A stretch of 64,000 nucleotides of DNA from a virus (Duplodnaviria; Heunggongvirae; Uroviricota; Caudoviricetes), in IMG/VR virus record IMGVR_UViG_3300020048_000019, positions 64,001 through 128,000 of that record; one strand, written 5' to 3'. Shown here piece after piece: positions 36,577 through 48,100 of this stretch. Below the pieces are notes generated by a model that was not told the origin of the DNA, made no database searches, and saw nothing but the letters and a program-made list of their open reading frames with translations. Numbering within the stretch: position 1 is the first letter of the stretch; the number at the start of each line of letters is the position of its first letter. Position numbers and translations under genes: made by a program.

Positions 36577-38076
36577 ATGTCTACTTACAAGCGTATCGCT
36601 GGTAATCTTGTCGTTCAAACCGTTGGTGCAACTGATACTGTCACTTTCCAAGGTCTTACCGCCAATGCTGCTACCATAATTATTGACGGTAATTTAACCG
36701 TAACTGGCAACGCAGCGTTGACTGGTAACATTTCGGGTGATAACATATTCAACGGTACTACTAGTATTGCAATTCCTGCGCCGAGTGGCAATGCCAATAT
36801 CACCGTAGGCGGAACATCAAACATTGCAGTGTTCAGTACTGGTGGTGCAAACATCGCTGGTTATATGAGTGCATCAGGCAACGTTACCGGAGCCAATTTG
36901 ATCACAGCAGGACTTGCTACAGTTACCGGTAATGTTATAGGTGCCAACTTGAATACTGCAGGCAATGTTTGGATCTCCCGTGATGCTAGCGCAGGACAAC
37001 CTACAATTCGATTTACTGATACTGATGTTGATATTGCTGACGGGCAAGTGTTTGGCGCAGTAGAATGGTACACCAGTGATGTATCAAGCACCGGTCCTAG
37101 AGTTACTGCAGGTATTCGTGCCGTGGCAGCAGGTTTACTAGGCAATGCAAACGTTCAAATTCTTACCTCAACTGGTGGCTCAGCAGCAACTCCTAAAGTC
37201 ACAATTGACAACATTGGTAATGTGGGTATAGCTAACCTTGCGCCATTACATACTCTTGCAGTAACTGGCACAGTATATGGATCAAGCACACTTGATATAG
37301 TGGGCAACATAACAGGTGGCAACTTGACCACAGCTGGCCGTGCAAGTGTAACTGGCAACGTGGTTGGCGGAAACATTATCACAGCAGGATTAATCACAGC
37401 AACTGGCAATATTACAGGTGGTAATCTAGTCACAGCTGGTTTGGTTAGTGCTGGTGCCACAGGGATCACTGCCACAGGCAACGTGCGTGGTGGTAATATA
37501 GTAAGTGATGATCAAGTAAGTGCAACTGGTAACGTGTATGCCGGCGGCAACTTAACTACTCAGGGCAACGTTAGTGCAACCGGAACTTTGATAGGTGCAA
37601 CTCTGCAAGTAGCAAACGCCAATGTTAGTGGTAACATGTTTGGTACTGGGATTGGTGTTGAAAATACTGTGTGGCAAAATATTGCAAACACTATTAGTTC
37701 AGCGTCAATGGCCGATGTTGGAGTACTGCAATTTAATGCCTTGGCAAACCAAAGTTACAAATTTCAAGCAATATTACCAACCATACCGGATGGTGCCACT
37801 ACCACAGCATTTTCTATGCTATTTTCTTCGGGCGCCTGTAACTATGTTCTAGAAACTCAAACTACTGCAACTTCTGTATGGTCAGTAGCCTCGTCAAATA
37901 CTAGTGATTCTACTGGCACCACGCAAGCCATGACGGGGACCACTTTAAGAACTGTTAGAATTACTGGTACATTCTACAACACAGCCAACACTGCTGTGGT
38001 TGTTCGTGCCCAGACCAGCGCCGCAAACCTTACTGTTCCGCCGGGCGCGACCCTAACATATGCAAGAATTGGATAA
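36577..38076 (+). CDS. Tail-fibre-like protein with G-N-V/I-T repeats
   Basis: 499 aa; TAG.ITATGNITGGN repeats and a beta-rich C-terminal domain. Confidence 0.65.
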   Translation: MSTYKRIAGNLVVQTVGATDTVTFQGLTANAATIIIDGNLTVTGNAALTGNISGDNIFNGTTSIAIPAPSGNANITVGGTSNIAVFSTGGANIAGYMSASGNVTGANLITAGLATVTGNVIGANLNTAGNVWISRDASAGQPTIRFTDTDVDIADGQVFGAVEWYTSDVSSTGPRVTAGIRAVAAGLLGNANVQILTSTGGSAATPKVTIDNIGNVGIANLAPLHTLAVTGTVYGSSTLDIVGNITGGNLTTAGRASVTGNVVGGNIITAGLITATGNITGGNLVTAGLVSAGATGITATGNVRGGNIVSDDQVSATGNVYAGGNLTTQGNVSATGTLIGATLQVANANVSGNMFGTGIGVENTVWQNIANTISSASMADVGVLQFNALANQSYKFQAILPTIPDGATTTAFSMLFSSGACNYVLETQTTATSVWSVASSNTSDSTGTTQAMTGTTLRTVRITGTFYNTANTAVVVRAQTSAANLTVPPGATLTYARIG

Positions 38077-38125
38077 AACTTATTCCTGATCTTTTGGTAA
38101 ATACTCCAGAGGACCAGGAATACCT

Positions 38126-41100
38126 ATGGCACAAAACATAATTGATATTGGACAAGAAGCCAATGATGGAACCGGCGACCCGTTACGCAATGCATTTGAT
38201 GCGGTAAACAATAATTTTACCCAGATTTTTGCTGCAGGTCCGGTTGATAGTAATATCGTCATCACCGGCAACACTATTGCAGTAACTGGAACCAACAACA
38301 ATTTGGTATTGCAAGCCAATGGTATTGGTAATATTCAGGCCAACAGTACCATTATGCCTAGTGTGGCTAGCGTCTACAGTATTGGCAGCACAGCTAAACC
38401 CTTTGATACAGTCTACGCTGATTATTTTGTAGGTAATGGCGCTTTGCTCACAGGAATCTCTGGTGGCAATGGCGCAGGAAATTCAATCAGCTTTGGTGTT
38501 AGTAATGTTAACATTCCAGTAATAGATGGCAATGTAACATTTTCAATTGATAATCGTAGCAACATAGTAGTAGTCAGCAGACAAAAAGTAGAATTTGCTG
38601 GCAATTTAGTGCCCAACGCCAACGTAACATACAGCTTGGGATCAAGCACACAAGCCTGGAATGATCTGTATTTGTCCAACAGTACAATCTACCTAGGCAA
38701 CACAACAATTAGTTCGGATAGTAATTCGTTATCAATTACTACCCCCACAGGCGGAACACTGATACTACAAGGACCGGGCACAATAACTCCTTACAGTAAC
38801 GCCAATGTTGCAACATATTTGCCAACTTATACCGGTAATGTAGCAGGTGGTAATATTTCCGTAACTGGCGCAGCTATTGCAGCAACTTTTACTGGCTCGG
38901 CCGCAGGCCTAACTGGTATTGTGGGCGCCAACGTTACTGGCACTGTGGCCAATGCTACATATGCAACCAATGCAGGTGCAGTAACAACAGCAGCACAACC
39001 CAATATTACTTCGGTTGGTACATTAACTAGTGTATCAGCATCAGGCACAATTTCTACTACTGGCAACGTACAGGGTGCGTTTATTATTGGTGACGGCGGC
39101 TTTTTGAGCAACGTAGTTGCAACTGGAAACGTTGCAGTAACTCAACTGGGCAACGGCACAACAATATTACGAGTAGCAGGCAGTGGTGGTAACATTGTGG
39201 CCACAGTTGGCGGCGTCGCTAACGTAACTGTGGTAACACCGGCTGGTCTAGATGTTATTGGCAATCTTACCTCCTCAGCAAATATTATTGGAACATACAT
39301 TATTGGTGATGGTAGCCAACTTACTGGACTACCTGCATCTTATAGCAATGCTGATGTGGCACTGTATTTGCCAATCTATACTGGAAACTTAGCTAGCTTG
39401 CTGGGTAATGTCATTACTTCGGCAAATGTTTCAGCAGCATATATTCTTGGAAACGGTTCTGGATTAAGCGCAATTACAGGTGCCAACGTTACTGGTGAAG
39501 TAGCCAACGCTGCTTATGCGACAAATGCGGGTGCAGCCACTTCAGCAACCACAGCTGGTTCAGCAACTACTGCAGGAACAGTAACCACAAACGCACAGCC
39601 CAATATTACCTCAGTGGGTATTTTAAGCTCAGTTAGCGTAACTGGAAACGTTGACGGTGGAAATATTAGAACTATTGGCCAGGTCAGTGCCGCTGCAAAC
39701 ATCACAGCAGCAAACGTAACCACATCGGGGCTGGTTAACGCTACTGGTAATTTAGTTACTGATGCTAATGTGATTGCAGCTGGATATATTTCTGCAACTG
39801 GCAACATTGTTACCGCAGGCAATATTTCAGGCGGCAACTTGAGCCTAACTGGCACATTCGGTGCAGCAAGTTTGAGCTCTTCAGGTAACATCCAAGGTGC
39901 AAATCTTGTAACTCAAGGCATAGTAAGTGCCTCGGGCAATATTGTTACTGATGGTTATTTTGTTGGTAACTTTTCTGGAAACATCACTGGTAACTTAACT
40001 GTTCCAGGTTCTAACACACAAGTGTTATTCAACTCAAACGGCAATGCTGGCGCAGCCGCAGGATTTACATACGCTTCTGACTCTAATACAATGTCTGTGC
40101 TGGGAGTAATCTCTGCGCAAGGTAATATTGTTGGTGGAAATCTTTTTGTCAATAGTGGCGGCCAAGTTAGTGCAGCTGGTAATGTTTCTGGTGGAAACAT
40201 CAACACTGCTGGCTTAATTAGTTCGCTTGGAAATGTCGTTAGTGGTAATGTTATCACTACTGGCATAGTCAGTGCAACCGGTAACATAAACGCTAATGTA
40301 TTTGTAGGTAATGGTGCTGGTTTGTCTCAACTGGTAGGTAGCAATGTTGTTGGCGCAGTTGGATTGGCAACAAGTGCAACCACTGCTGGTACAGTAACCA
40401 CAAACGCACAGCCCAATATTACCTCAGTAGGTATTCTGAGCTCAGTATCTGTTACTGGCAACGTTGGTGGTGGCAACATCAACGTGGCAGACGCAATCAG
40501 TGCTGTTGGCAATATTACTGGTAGTGTATTTACAGGTAACGGTTCTAGACTTAACTCACTCGCCGGTGCAAACGTTACTGGAATTGTGGCCAATGCTACA
40601 TATGCAACCAATGCAGGTAGTGCTACCACAGCTGGATCTGCAACCACTGCTGGTACAGTAACCACAAACGCACAACCCAACATCACAAGTGTTGGGCAGC
40701 TAACATCAGTTACTGTAACTGGAAACGTTGTTGGTGGAAATATTCGTACTGCAGGCGTAGTAACTGCAACTGGCAGTGTTACCGCTGCCAATGTGTTTAC
40801 TGGCGGCTTGAGTCTGAGCGGCAATGTGATTAGTGAACTCAACTCTACTAGCAACGTAACAACCACTGCTAATATTCAAGCTGGCTATTTTATTGGCAAC
40901 GGTAGCCAACTCACAGATCTTACAATACCAGTTGGCACTACGATTGCAAATGGCAACAGTAATGTATCAATTAGCCAAGCTGCTGGCAATGTTACAATAT
41001 CTGCTTACGGTACTGCCAATGTAGTAGCGGTATCTAATCTAGGCGCTGCAATTAGTGGAACAGTTACTGCTACAGGAAACATCACTGGTGGCAACTTAAT

Positions 41101-44100
41101 TACTAATGGCTTGATTACTGCTCTGGGAAACATCACTGGTGGCAATTTAATTACTACTGGCTTGATTACTGCAACTGGTAATATTCAAGGAAATGTGTTC
41201 TTGGGCAATGGTGCTGGACTAACTTCACTTACTGGTGCAAACGTCACTGGTATTGTAGCCAATGCAACATACGCAACAAATGCAGGCACAGCAACTACAG
41301 CAGGCACAGCAGGCACAGTAACTACGGCAGCTCAGCCAAATATTACCAGTGTTGGCACACTAACAAGTGTAAGTGTTAGTGGCAACATTACAGGCGCAGG
41401 CGGAACTACCAGCATTGACAATATCAAAATTGGCTTTAATACCGCAGCAACTGGTGCATTTACTGATATATCATCTTCAGGAACAGCAAGTGCAACTGGC
41501 AATATTACTGCTGGAAACCTGATTACTGCTGGCATTATTACCGCAACTGGCAATATCAGGGGTAACGTGTTTATTGGTAATGGTGCTGGACTAACATCAA
41601 TTACAGGGGCAAACGTCACTGGCACGGTGGCCAACGCCACTTATGCGTTATCGGCTGGTAGTGCATTATCAGCAACCACAGCTGGCACAGTAACCACAAA
41701 CGCACAACCCAACATCACTAGTGTTGGAACATTAACGTCAGTGTCAGTTAGTGGAAACGTTGACGGCGGCAATGTAAACTCTACATTTTATGGATCAGGC
41801 GCAGGACTGACTAACATCACAGGCGCTAATGTTACCGGCACGGTGGCCAACGCCACTTATGCATTATCAGCTGGATCAGCAACCACAGCCGGCACAGTAA
41901 CCACAGCAGCGCAGCCTAATATCACCAGTGTTGGCATATTATCATCAGTGTCAGTTAGTGGAAACGTCGTTGGTGGCAATTTGCTAACTGGCGGAACTAT
42001 TACTTCAACTGGTAATGTTACTGCTCCAAATTTCATTGGAAACGTAATTGGTAACATTTCGGGTAACATCGCAGTCACTGGTTCTAACACTCAGGTTCTG
42101 TTCAATGACAATGGATTGATAGGGGCAACTACTGGATTGAGTTTTGACAAGATTACAAATCAATTATCAGTAACTGGTAATATTGTAAGTGCAAACGTAA
42201 ATGCGGTTGGATTAAGTTTAAGTGGTAATGTAACAAGCCCATTAAATGTTACTGGTAACATATCTAGTGGCAACATCAATACTACTGGAGTTGTAAACGC
42301 AACAACAGTGACCACAACTGGCAATGCTGTGATTGGTGGAGACTTGATAGTCAACGGTAATGTTAGCTATCTTAACATTAGTAATTTACAAATTGAAGAT
42401 CCAATCATTGGTCTCGGACGTGGAGCAAATGACTCACCACTAGTGGCCGACGACGGCAAGAGTCGAGGCATGCAGTTATGGTATTTTGATACTGCTGAAC
42501 GTAATGGGTTCATGGGATGGGATGATGCTAATTCCAAAATGATTTCGGCATCAAATGTTTCAATTTCGAATGAAATTGTAACTGTTAATAGTTATGGAGT
42601 TTTTGAGACTGGTAATGTTGTTGCTGGCAATGTTTCTGCAACTGGTAATATTGCAGGTGGCAATTTAACCACAGCAGGACAAGTGGTAGCAACTGGTAAT
42701 ATTGCAGGTGGCAACTTAACCACAGCAGGCTTGATTGCAGCAACTGGTAATATTGCAGGTGGCAACATTGTCACTAGTGGCAACATTACTGGAGCCAATG
42801 TAGTATCTGCAACTACGTTTAACGGCACCACTGTATCAGTAACCGGCAATGTCACTAGTAATAATTTAAATGCTGTTGGGTTAAGTCTGACAGGTAATAT
42901 TTTGAGTAGCTTGAACGTTACTGGTACAATAACTGCAAGTGCAAACATCAATGCAATTGGTAATATTGCAGGTGGCAATATTTCTACAGCAGGCTTGATT
43001 GCAGCAATTGGTAATATTGCAGGTGGCAACCTAACCACAGCAGGATTGATTGAAGCAATTGGTAATATTGCTGGTGGCAACCTAACCACAGCAGGATTGA
43101 TTGCAGCAACTGGTAATATTGCAGGTGGCAACTTAGTTACAACAGGCTTGGTAAATGCAGCAAATGCATCAATCGTGGGAAATGTAACTACTGGTAACAT
43201 CAGTGCAACTGGAGTGATCAGTGCCGCAGGAAATGTAATTGCATTAGCAATCAATGCAACTTCGCTGAGCTTGACTGGTAACGTCCTAGGCGCACTCAAT
43301 GTAACTGGTAATGTTACCAGTGGCAACTTGATCAGTGTTGCACAAGTACAAGGAGCAACAGTTACCGCAACTGGTAATATTGCTGGCGGTAACGTCAATA
43401 CAATTGGGACTATTACTGCAATTGGCAATATTTCAGGTGGTAATATTGAAACTGGAAATGCAGTTTTGGCGCAAACATTGTTTGCAAGTAGCACAATTAG
43501 TGCAGTTGGAAATGTAACCGGCGGCAATGTTAGTACAGCTGGGTTGGTTACTGTAACTGGCAATATTTCAGGCGGCAACATCAATACTGCTGGCCTAGTA
43601 AGTGCCACTGGTGGCATAATTGCTGGGACAACAATTAGTGCAGTTGGAAATGTAATCGGCGGCAATGTAAATTCTGCTGGACAAATTAGCGCAGTGGGCA
43701 ATATCACTGCAACTGGTAATGTTATTGCACCTTACTTTATTGGTAATGTGCAAGGTAATATTGTTACTCCGGGCGCAAACACTCAAGTCATGTTCAACCA
43801 GGATGGTATACTGGGCGCCGACTCTGGTTTAGTATATGATTATATTGGAAATGCATTAACAGTTGGTGGAGACATTGCTACCGGCAACGGTGGTAACTTG
43901 ATTGTTACTGGTGCATTGAGTGTTACTGGAAATATCACAGTCAGTGTTGGTAATATCAACGGTGGAAATATATTAGGCTCTGCTATTATTTCTAGTGGAA
44001 ATGTCAGTGGTGCCAATTTGACTGCGTCTGGCTTGATCACTGCAACTGGCAATGTAACTGGCGGCAATATCGACACAGTTGGTTTGATCACTGCAACTGG

Positions 44101-44764
44101 CAACATTACTTCTACAGCAAACGTAGCAGGTGGAAACATTGTTACTGCTGGCCTGATTACTGCAACTGGTAACTTGGTCACAGGTGCTAACGTGGTTGCA
44201 ACTGGGTATGTCACAGCAGTTGGCAACGTCACTGGTGGTAACATAGTTACTGCTGGCCTGATTACTGCAACTGGCGCTATAACCTCAACAGCAAACGTCA
44301 CTGGCGGCAATATTCAAACTGCTGGTGAAGTTTCGGCAATTGGCAATGTAATTGGTGGCAACATCAATACTGTGGGATTGGTTAGCGCAACTAGCAACGT
44401 GACGGGCGGCAATATTCGAACTGCTGGTGAAGTTTCAGCAACTGGCAATGTAATTGGTGGTAACATTGTGTCGGTTGCTGCACTATCGGGTGTCACTGTA
44501 ACTGCTACTAGTAACATAGTTGGCGGTAATATCAGCACAGCTGGTTTAGTAAGTGCAATTGGCAACGTAACTGGTGGCAACTTAAACGCAGCAGGGTTAA
44601 GTCTAAGTGGCAACGTGATTAGTGCATTGAACATGATTACCAATATCACCACAACTGGCAACATTACCGCTAACAATATCACAGCAACTACTTCCATAAA
44701 TATTGCAGGAGATCAAGTTGCTACAGTGGATGACGCTACAGCGTTGGCAATAGCATTAGGATAA
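38126..44764 (+). CDS. Giant beta-solenoid fibre/adhesin-like virion protein
   Basis: 2212 aa; N-terminal IDIG..ANDGTGDPLR.AF..VN.NF (gp9/10-type baseplate-anchoring motif); ~17-aa TAGLITATGNITGGNI repeats; 7 copies of QPNITSVG; C-terminal ALAIALG; TAAATA at 38098-38103. Confidence 0.75.
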   Translation: MAQNIIDIGQEANDGTGDPLRNAFDAVNNNFTQIFAAGPVDSNIVITGNTIAVTGTNNNLVLQANGIGNIQANSTIMPSVASVYSIGSTAKPFDTVYADYFVGNGALLTGISGGNGAGNSISFGVSNVNIPVIDGNVTFSIDNRSNIVVVSRQKVEFAGNLVPNANVTYSLGSSTQAWNDLYLSNSTIYLGNTTISSDSNSLSITTPTGGTLILQGPGTITPYSNANVATYLPTYTGNVAGGNISVTGAAIAATFTGSAAGLTGIVGANVTGTVANATYATNAGAVTTAAQPNITSVGTLTSVSASGTISTTGNVQGAFIIGDGGFLSNVVATGNVAVTQLGNGTTILRVAGSGGNIVATVGGVANVTVVTPAGLDVIGNLTSSANIIGTYIIGDGSQLTGLPASYSNADVALYLPIYTGNLASLLGNVITSANVSAAYILGNGSGLSAITGANVTGEVANAAYATNAGAATSATTAGSATTAGTVTTNAQPNITSVGILSSVSVTGNVDGGNIRTIGQVSAAANITAANVTTSGLVNATGNLVTDANVIAAGYISATGNIVTAGNISGGNLSLTGTFGAASLSSSGNIQGANLVTQGIVSASGNIVTDGYFVGNFSGNITGNLTVPGSNTQVLFNSNGNAGAAAGFTYASDSNTMSVLGVISAQGNIVGGNLFVNSGGQVSAAGNVSGGNINTAGLISSLGNVVSGNVITTGIVSATGNINANVFVGNGAGLSQLVGSNVVGAVGLATSATTAGTVTTNAQPNITSVGILSSVSVTGNVGGGNINVADAISAVGNITGSVFTGNGSRLNSLAGANVTGIVANATYATNAGSATTAGSATTAGTVTTNAQPNITSVGQLTSVTVTGNVVGGNIRTAGVVTATGSVTAANVFTGGLSLSGNVISELNSTSNVTTTANIQAGYFIGNGSQLTDLTIPVGTTIANGNSNVSISQAAGNVTISAYGTANVVAVSNLGAAISGTVTATGNITGGNLITNGLITALGNITGGNLITTGLITATGNIQGNVFLGNGAGLTSLTGANVTGIVANATYATNAGTATTAGTAGTVTTAAQPNITSVGTLTSVSVSGNITGAGGTTSIDNIKIGFNTAATGAFTDISSSGTASATGNITAGNLITAGIITATGNIRGNVFIGNGAGLTSITGANVTGTVANATYALSAGSALSATTAGTVTTNAQPNITSVGTLTSVSVSGNVDGGNVNSTFYGSGAGLTNITGANVTGTVANATYALSAGSATTAGTVTTAAQPNITSVGILSSVSVSGNVVGGNLLTGGTITSTGNVTAPNFIGNVIGNISGNIAVTGSNTQVLFNDNGLIGATTGLSFDKITNQLSVTGNIVSANVNAVGLSLSGNVTSPLNVTGNISSGNINTTGVVNATTVTTTGNAVIGGDLIVNGNVSYLNISNLQIEDPIIGLGRGANDSPLVADDGKSRGMQLWYFDTAERNGFMGWDDANSKMISASNVSISNEIVTVNSYGVFETGNVVAGNVSATGNIAGGNLTTAGQVVATGNIAGGNLTTAGLIAATGNIAGGNIVTSGNITGANVVSATTFNGTTVSVTGNVTSNNLNAVGLSLTGNILSSLNVTGTITASANINAIGNIAGGNISTAGLIAAIGNIAGGNLTTAGLIEAIGNIAGGNLTTAGLIAATGNIAGGNLVTTGLVNAANASIVGNVTTGNISATGVISAAGNVIALAINATSLSLTGNVLGALNVTGNVTSGNLISVAQVQGATVTATGNIAGGNVNTIGTITAIGNISGGNIETGNAVLAQTLFASSTISAVGNVTGGNVSTAGLVTVTGNISGGNINTAGLVSATGGIIAGTTISAVGNVIGGNVNSAGQISAVGNITATGNVIAPYFIGNVQGNIVTPGANTQVMFNQDGILGADSGLVYDYIGNALTVGGDIATGNGGNLIVTGALSVTGNITVSVGNINGGNILGSAIISSGNVSGANLTASGLITATGNVTGGNIDTVGLITATGNITSTANVAGGNIVTAGLITATGNLVTGANVVATGYVTAVGNVTGGNIVTAGLITATGAITSTANVTGGNIQTAGEVSAIGNVIGGNINTVGLVSATSNVTGGNIRTAGEVSATGNVIGGNIVSVAALSGVTVTATSNIVGGNISTAGLVSAIGNVTGGNLNAAGLSLSGNVISALNMITNITTTGNITANNITATTSINIAGDQVATVDDATALAIALG
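42641..43135 (+). repeat. 51-nt near-identical intragenic tandem repeats (17 aa)
   Basis: (A)CTGGTAATATTGCAGGTGGCAA units at 42641, 42692, 42743 and a further run from ~42958 to ~43135. Confidence 0.8.
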
Positions 44765-44767
44765 AAA

Positions 44768-45103
44768 ATGGCAAATACTTTTACACGAAAACTCAGCAGA
44801 GGAGTAGGAACATCTGCAGATAATGTGGGATCTTACACAGTAGGATCAAGCACTACAACAATTGTGGTCGGACTATCTGTCACCAATACGTCTGCTAGTG
44901 CAATTACTGCTAGTGTTTATATCACTGATGTAGCAACTAACAACACTTATCTTGTTACAAATGCTCCTATTAGTGCTGGTTCTAGTCTGGTAATAAGCGG
45001 CGGTGATCAAAAAATTGTATTGATCACTGGAGACAAAATGTATGTAGAAACTAGTGCTGCTAGCAGCGCTGATGTAGTAATGAGCATAATGGAAATTACA
45101 TAA
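44768..45103 (+). CDS. Small virion protein (fibre adaptor candidate)
   Basis: 111 aa, all-beta pattern; follows the ALAIALG-terminated fibre gene. Confidence 0.55.
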   Translation: MANTFTRKLSRGVGTSADNVGSYTVGSSTTTIVVGLSVTNTSASAITASVYITDVATNNTYLVTNAPISAGSSLVISGGDQKIVLITGDKMYVETSAASSADVVMSIMEIT

Positions 45104-48100
45104 TGAGTTATATTGGCCTTGACCCACAAACCCCTTTACTGAATACCAGTACAGAGTTCTTTAGTGGCAACGCAGTCAACATGCAGTTTACACTGGCTCG
45201 CAGTGTAGCTTCTGCATCTGACCTTGATGTCATAATTGGCAATGTGGCTCAACGTCCATTTGCTGATTATACTGCCCAGAACTTAACACTGCTATTTGCT
45301 GCACCGCCTGACGCAGGCACAAACAATGTCACTGTTACATATCGTGCAGGCGCTCTGATTAGCTTGGACCTAACTGCCGACGCATTTCCTGCAGGCACAG
45401 TTGGTGCGCCTGGCTTGTATTCAGTAGCGGCCAACAACACCGGTATCTATTGGCCTAGTGCTGGTAATATGACTGTGACAGTAGCTGGAAGTAATCGAGT
45501 ATCATTTACTAGCGCTCCAAATTCAACAAGTACCACAACAGGTGTAATACAAATTGCAGGCGGCACCGGAATTACTGGCAATGTCAATGCTGGAGGCTTG
45601 GTAAATTTTAGTAATGCCACCGAAAGTACCAGCGTATCAACCGGTGCGCTAAAAGTAGCAGGCGGCGTTGGTATTGTGGGTAACTTGAATGTTGGCGGCG
45701 ATATTACTTGCGTTGGCGACTTCACTGTAAACGGAACGTTCACCACAACTGGAACTGACAGTTTGGAAGTAGCAGATCCGTTTATCTTTTTGGCCAATGC
45801 TAACCCAGGCGACACCTACGACACAGGTGTCATTAGCGAATACTACGATGGTTCAATTACTCGTTACACTGGATATTTCCGTGACATTACTGACAACAAG
45901 TTCAAACTGTTTGGAAATTTATCAGTCAAGCCTAGTACCACAGTGGATACCGGCAACGCAAGTTTTCAATATCAGGATCTAATTCTTTCCAACTTGAGTG
46001 CAACTGGCAACGTGGCTGGAACTTATCTTATTGGTAACGGCAGTCTGTTAACAGGTATCAGCACAGATACTACTCGTATCCAGAATGCCAACAGTATTGT
46101 GACTATTCCTAGCATAAACGGGAATGTAATAGTCAATATCAACGGCGTTACAATTGGTACTTTTAGCAGTGCTGGTGTTGTATTTGTTGGCGGTGCATCG
46201 GCTACTGGTGCAATTAGTGCAACTGGTAACGTCATAGGCGGCAATATTGATACTGCTGGTCTAGTGACTGCCACTGGTAACGTTACTAGTGCTGGTAATG
46301 TATCGGGTGGTAATCTTGTAACTGGCGGCCGTGTTGTTAGTACAGGCAACGTGGTAGGCGGCAACATTGTTACTGCTGGTCAAGTTACTGCTGGTTCTAA
46401 CATCACTGGTGCCAACATCAAAACTGCAGGCCTGATGAGCGCTACTGGCGACATTTATGGTAATAACTTTATCGCTACTACAGCAATTAATGCAACTGGC
46501 AACATAACTGGTGGCAATCTTATTACGCTAGGCGCGGTTGAAGTAGGAACTGGGATCACAGTCAGCACAGGTGGTATTAGTGCGTCAGGCAACATTATTG
46601 GTGGCAACATTAATACTAGTGGACTAATCAGCGTTACTGGTAACTTAGCTGGCGGCAACGTAACCACTACTGGACAACTAACATCTACCAAAACTGGCAG
46701 TGCTGCTACAGGCAGCGGACAATTGTATCTTAATGGTACAGGTAACAACCGAATTGATTTCAACACCAACGGTACTGGAGCACCGGCGTTTACCACAAGA
46801 AGTGCTGGTGCAAAGCTAGTGCTATTTCCCAACATTGGTGCTTCGGCAGCAGATTATGCACTGGGCATTGATTCTGGTGTGTTATGGTCTGGCGTTCCTG
46901 ATTCATCAGGGCAATTCAAATGGTATGCAGGTACCACTCAAGTAGGTTTATTGAGCGGCAGTGGCGCCTTATCTGTAACAGGCAACATTACTGGGGACAA
47001 TGTCAACACTGGCGGATTAGTAAGTGCAATTGGTAACGTAGTTGGTGGCAACATAAGTACCGCTGGTTTGATTACAGCAACTGGCAACATCACGGGCGGT
47101 AATATCGCAGCAACTGCACATACTGGAACTACAGTTAGTGTAACAGGCAATATCACTGGCGGCAACATTACAACTGCAGGTTTGATTACAGCAACTGGTA
47201 ACATTGGTGGTGGCAACATCAACACTGTGGGGTTGGCCAGCGTTGGTGGAACAGTTATTGCAACCGGTAACATCACAGGCGGCAACATTATTACGAATGG
47301 CCTGATCACCGCTGGCGGTGCAGTAATTGCGACTGGCAACGTTACTGGTGGCAATATTGTTACAGCAGGGTTGATCACAGCAACTGGTAACATCACTAGT
47401 ACTGCCAATGTCCGAGGCGGTAATGCAATTTTTACTACCTTGGTACAAAGCGCAACAATCAGTGCCACCGCCAACGTGATTGGTGCCAACGTGCAAACTG
47501 GTACACTGAGCCTAAGTGGCAACGTTATAAGTGCAATTAACACAACTAGTACAATTATTACAACTGCCAACATTGCAGGTGGAAATATTAGCACTGCTGG
47601 GTTGATTACAGCAACTGGTAACATTGGTGGCGGCAACATTAACACTGCTGGGTTGATTACAGCAACTGGAAGTATTACTGCAACTGCAAATATTGCAGGT
47701 GGAAATATTAGCACTGCTGGTAATTTAGCTGCTCCAACCGCTGCACAAAATACCAATACCACACAAGTAGCCACAACTGCTTATGTTATTGCACAAGCAA
47801 GTTCCACCACGCCAACTTCAATTGGAACCAACACCGTAGGAACAGCAACTACATTTGCCAGAGCAGATCACACTCATACTGGCGTTGCTACTTTGACTGG
47901 TGGTGGCGGCATCACAGTTAGCGCATCAACTGGAGCAGTTACACTAGGATCTACAGCAACCAGCGCAAACACAGCTGGTGCTATTGTTGCACGTGGGGCA
48001 AGTGGAGAATTTAGTGCAGGGGTAATAACCGCAGTTGCAACATCAGCTCGTTATGCTGACTTGGCAGAAATGTATTGTTCAGACGTAGATTACGCTCCAG

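Noticed and set aside
36615-47774. Many long antisense ORFs (up to 371 aa, MLPP.TLPVA repeats) opposite the fibre genes
   Set aside because: They are shadows of the GGN-AAY-RTN codon repeats, which lack stop codons on the reverse strand; no SD or promoter support.
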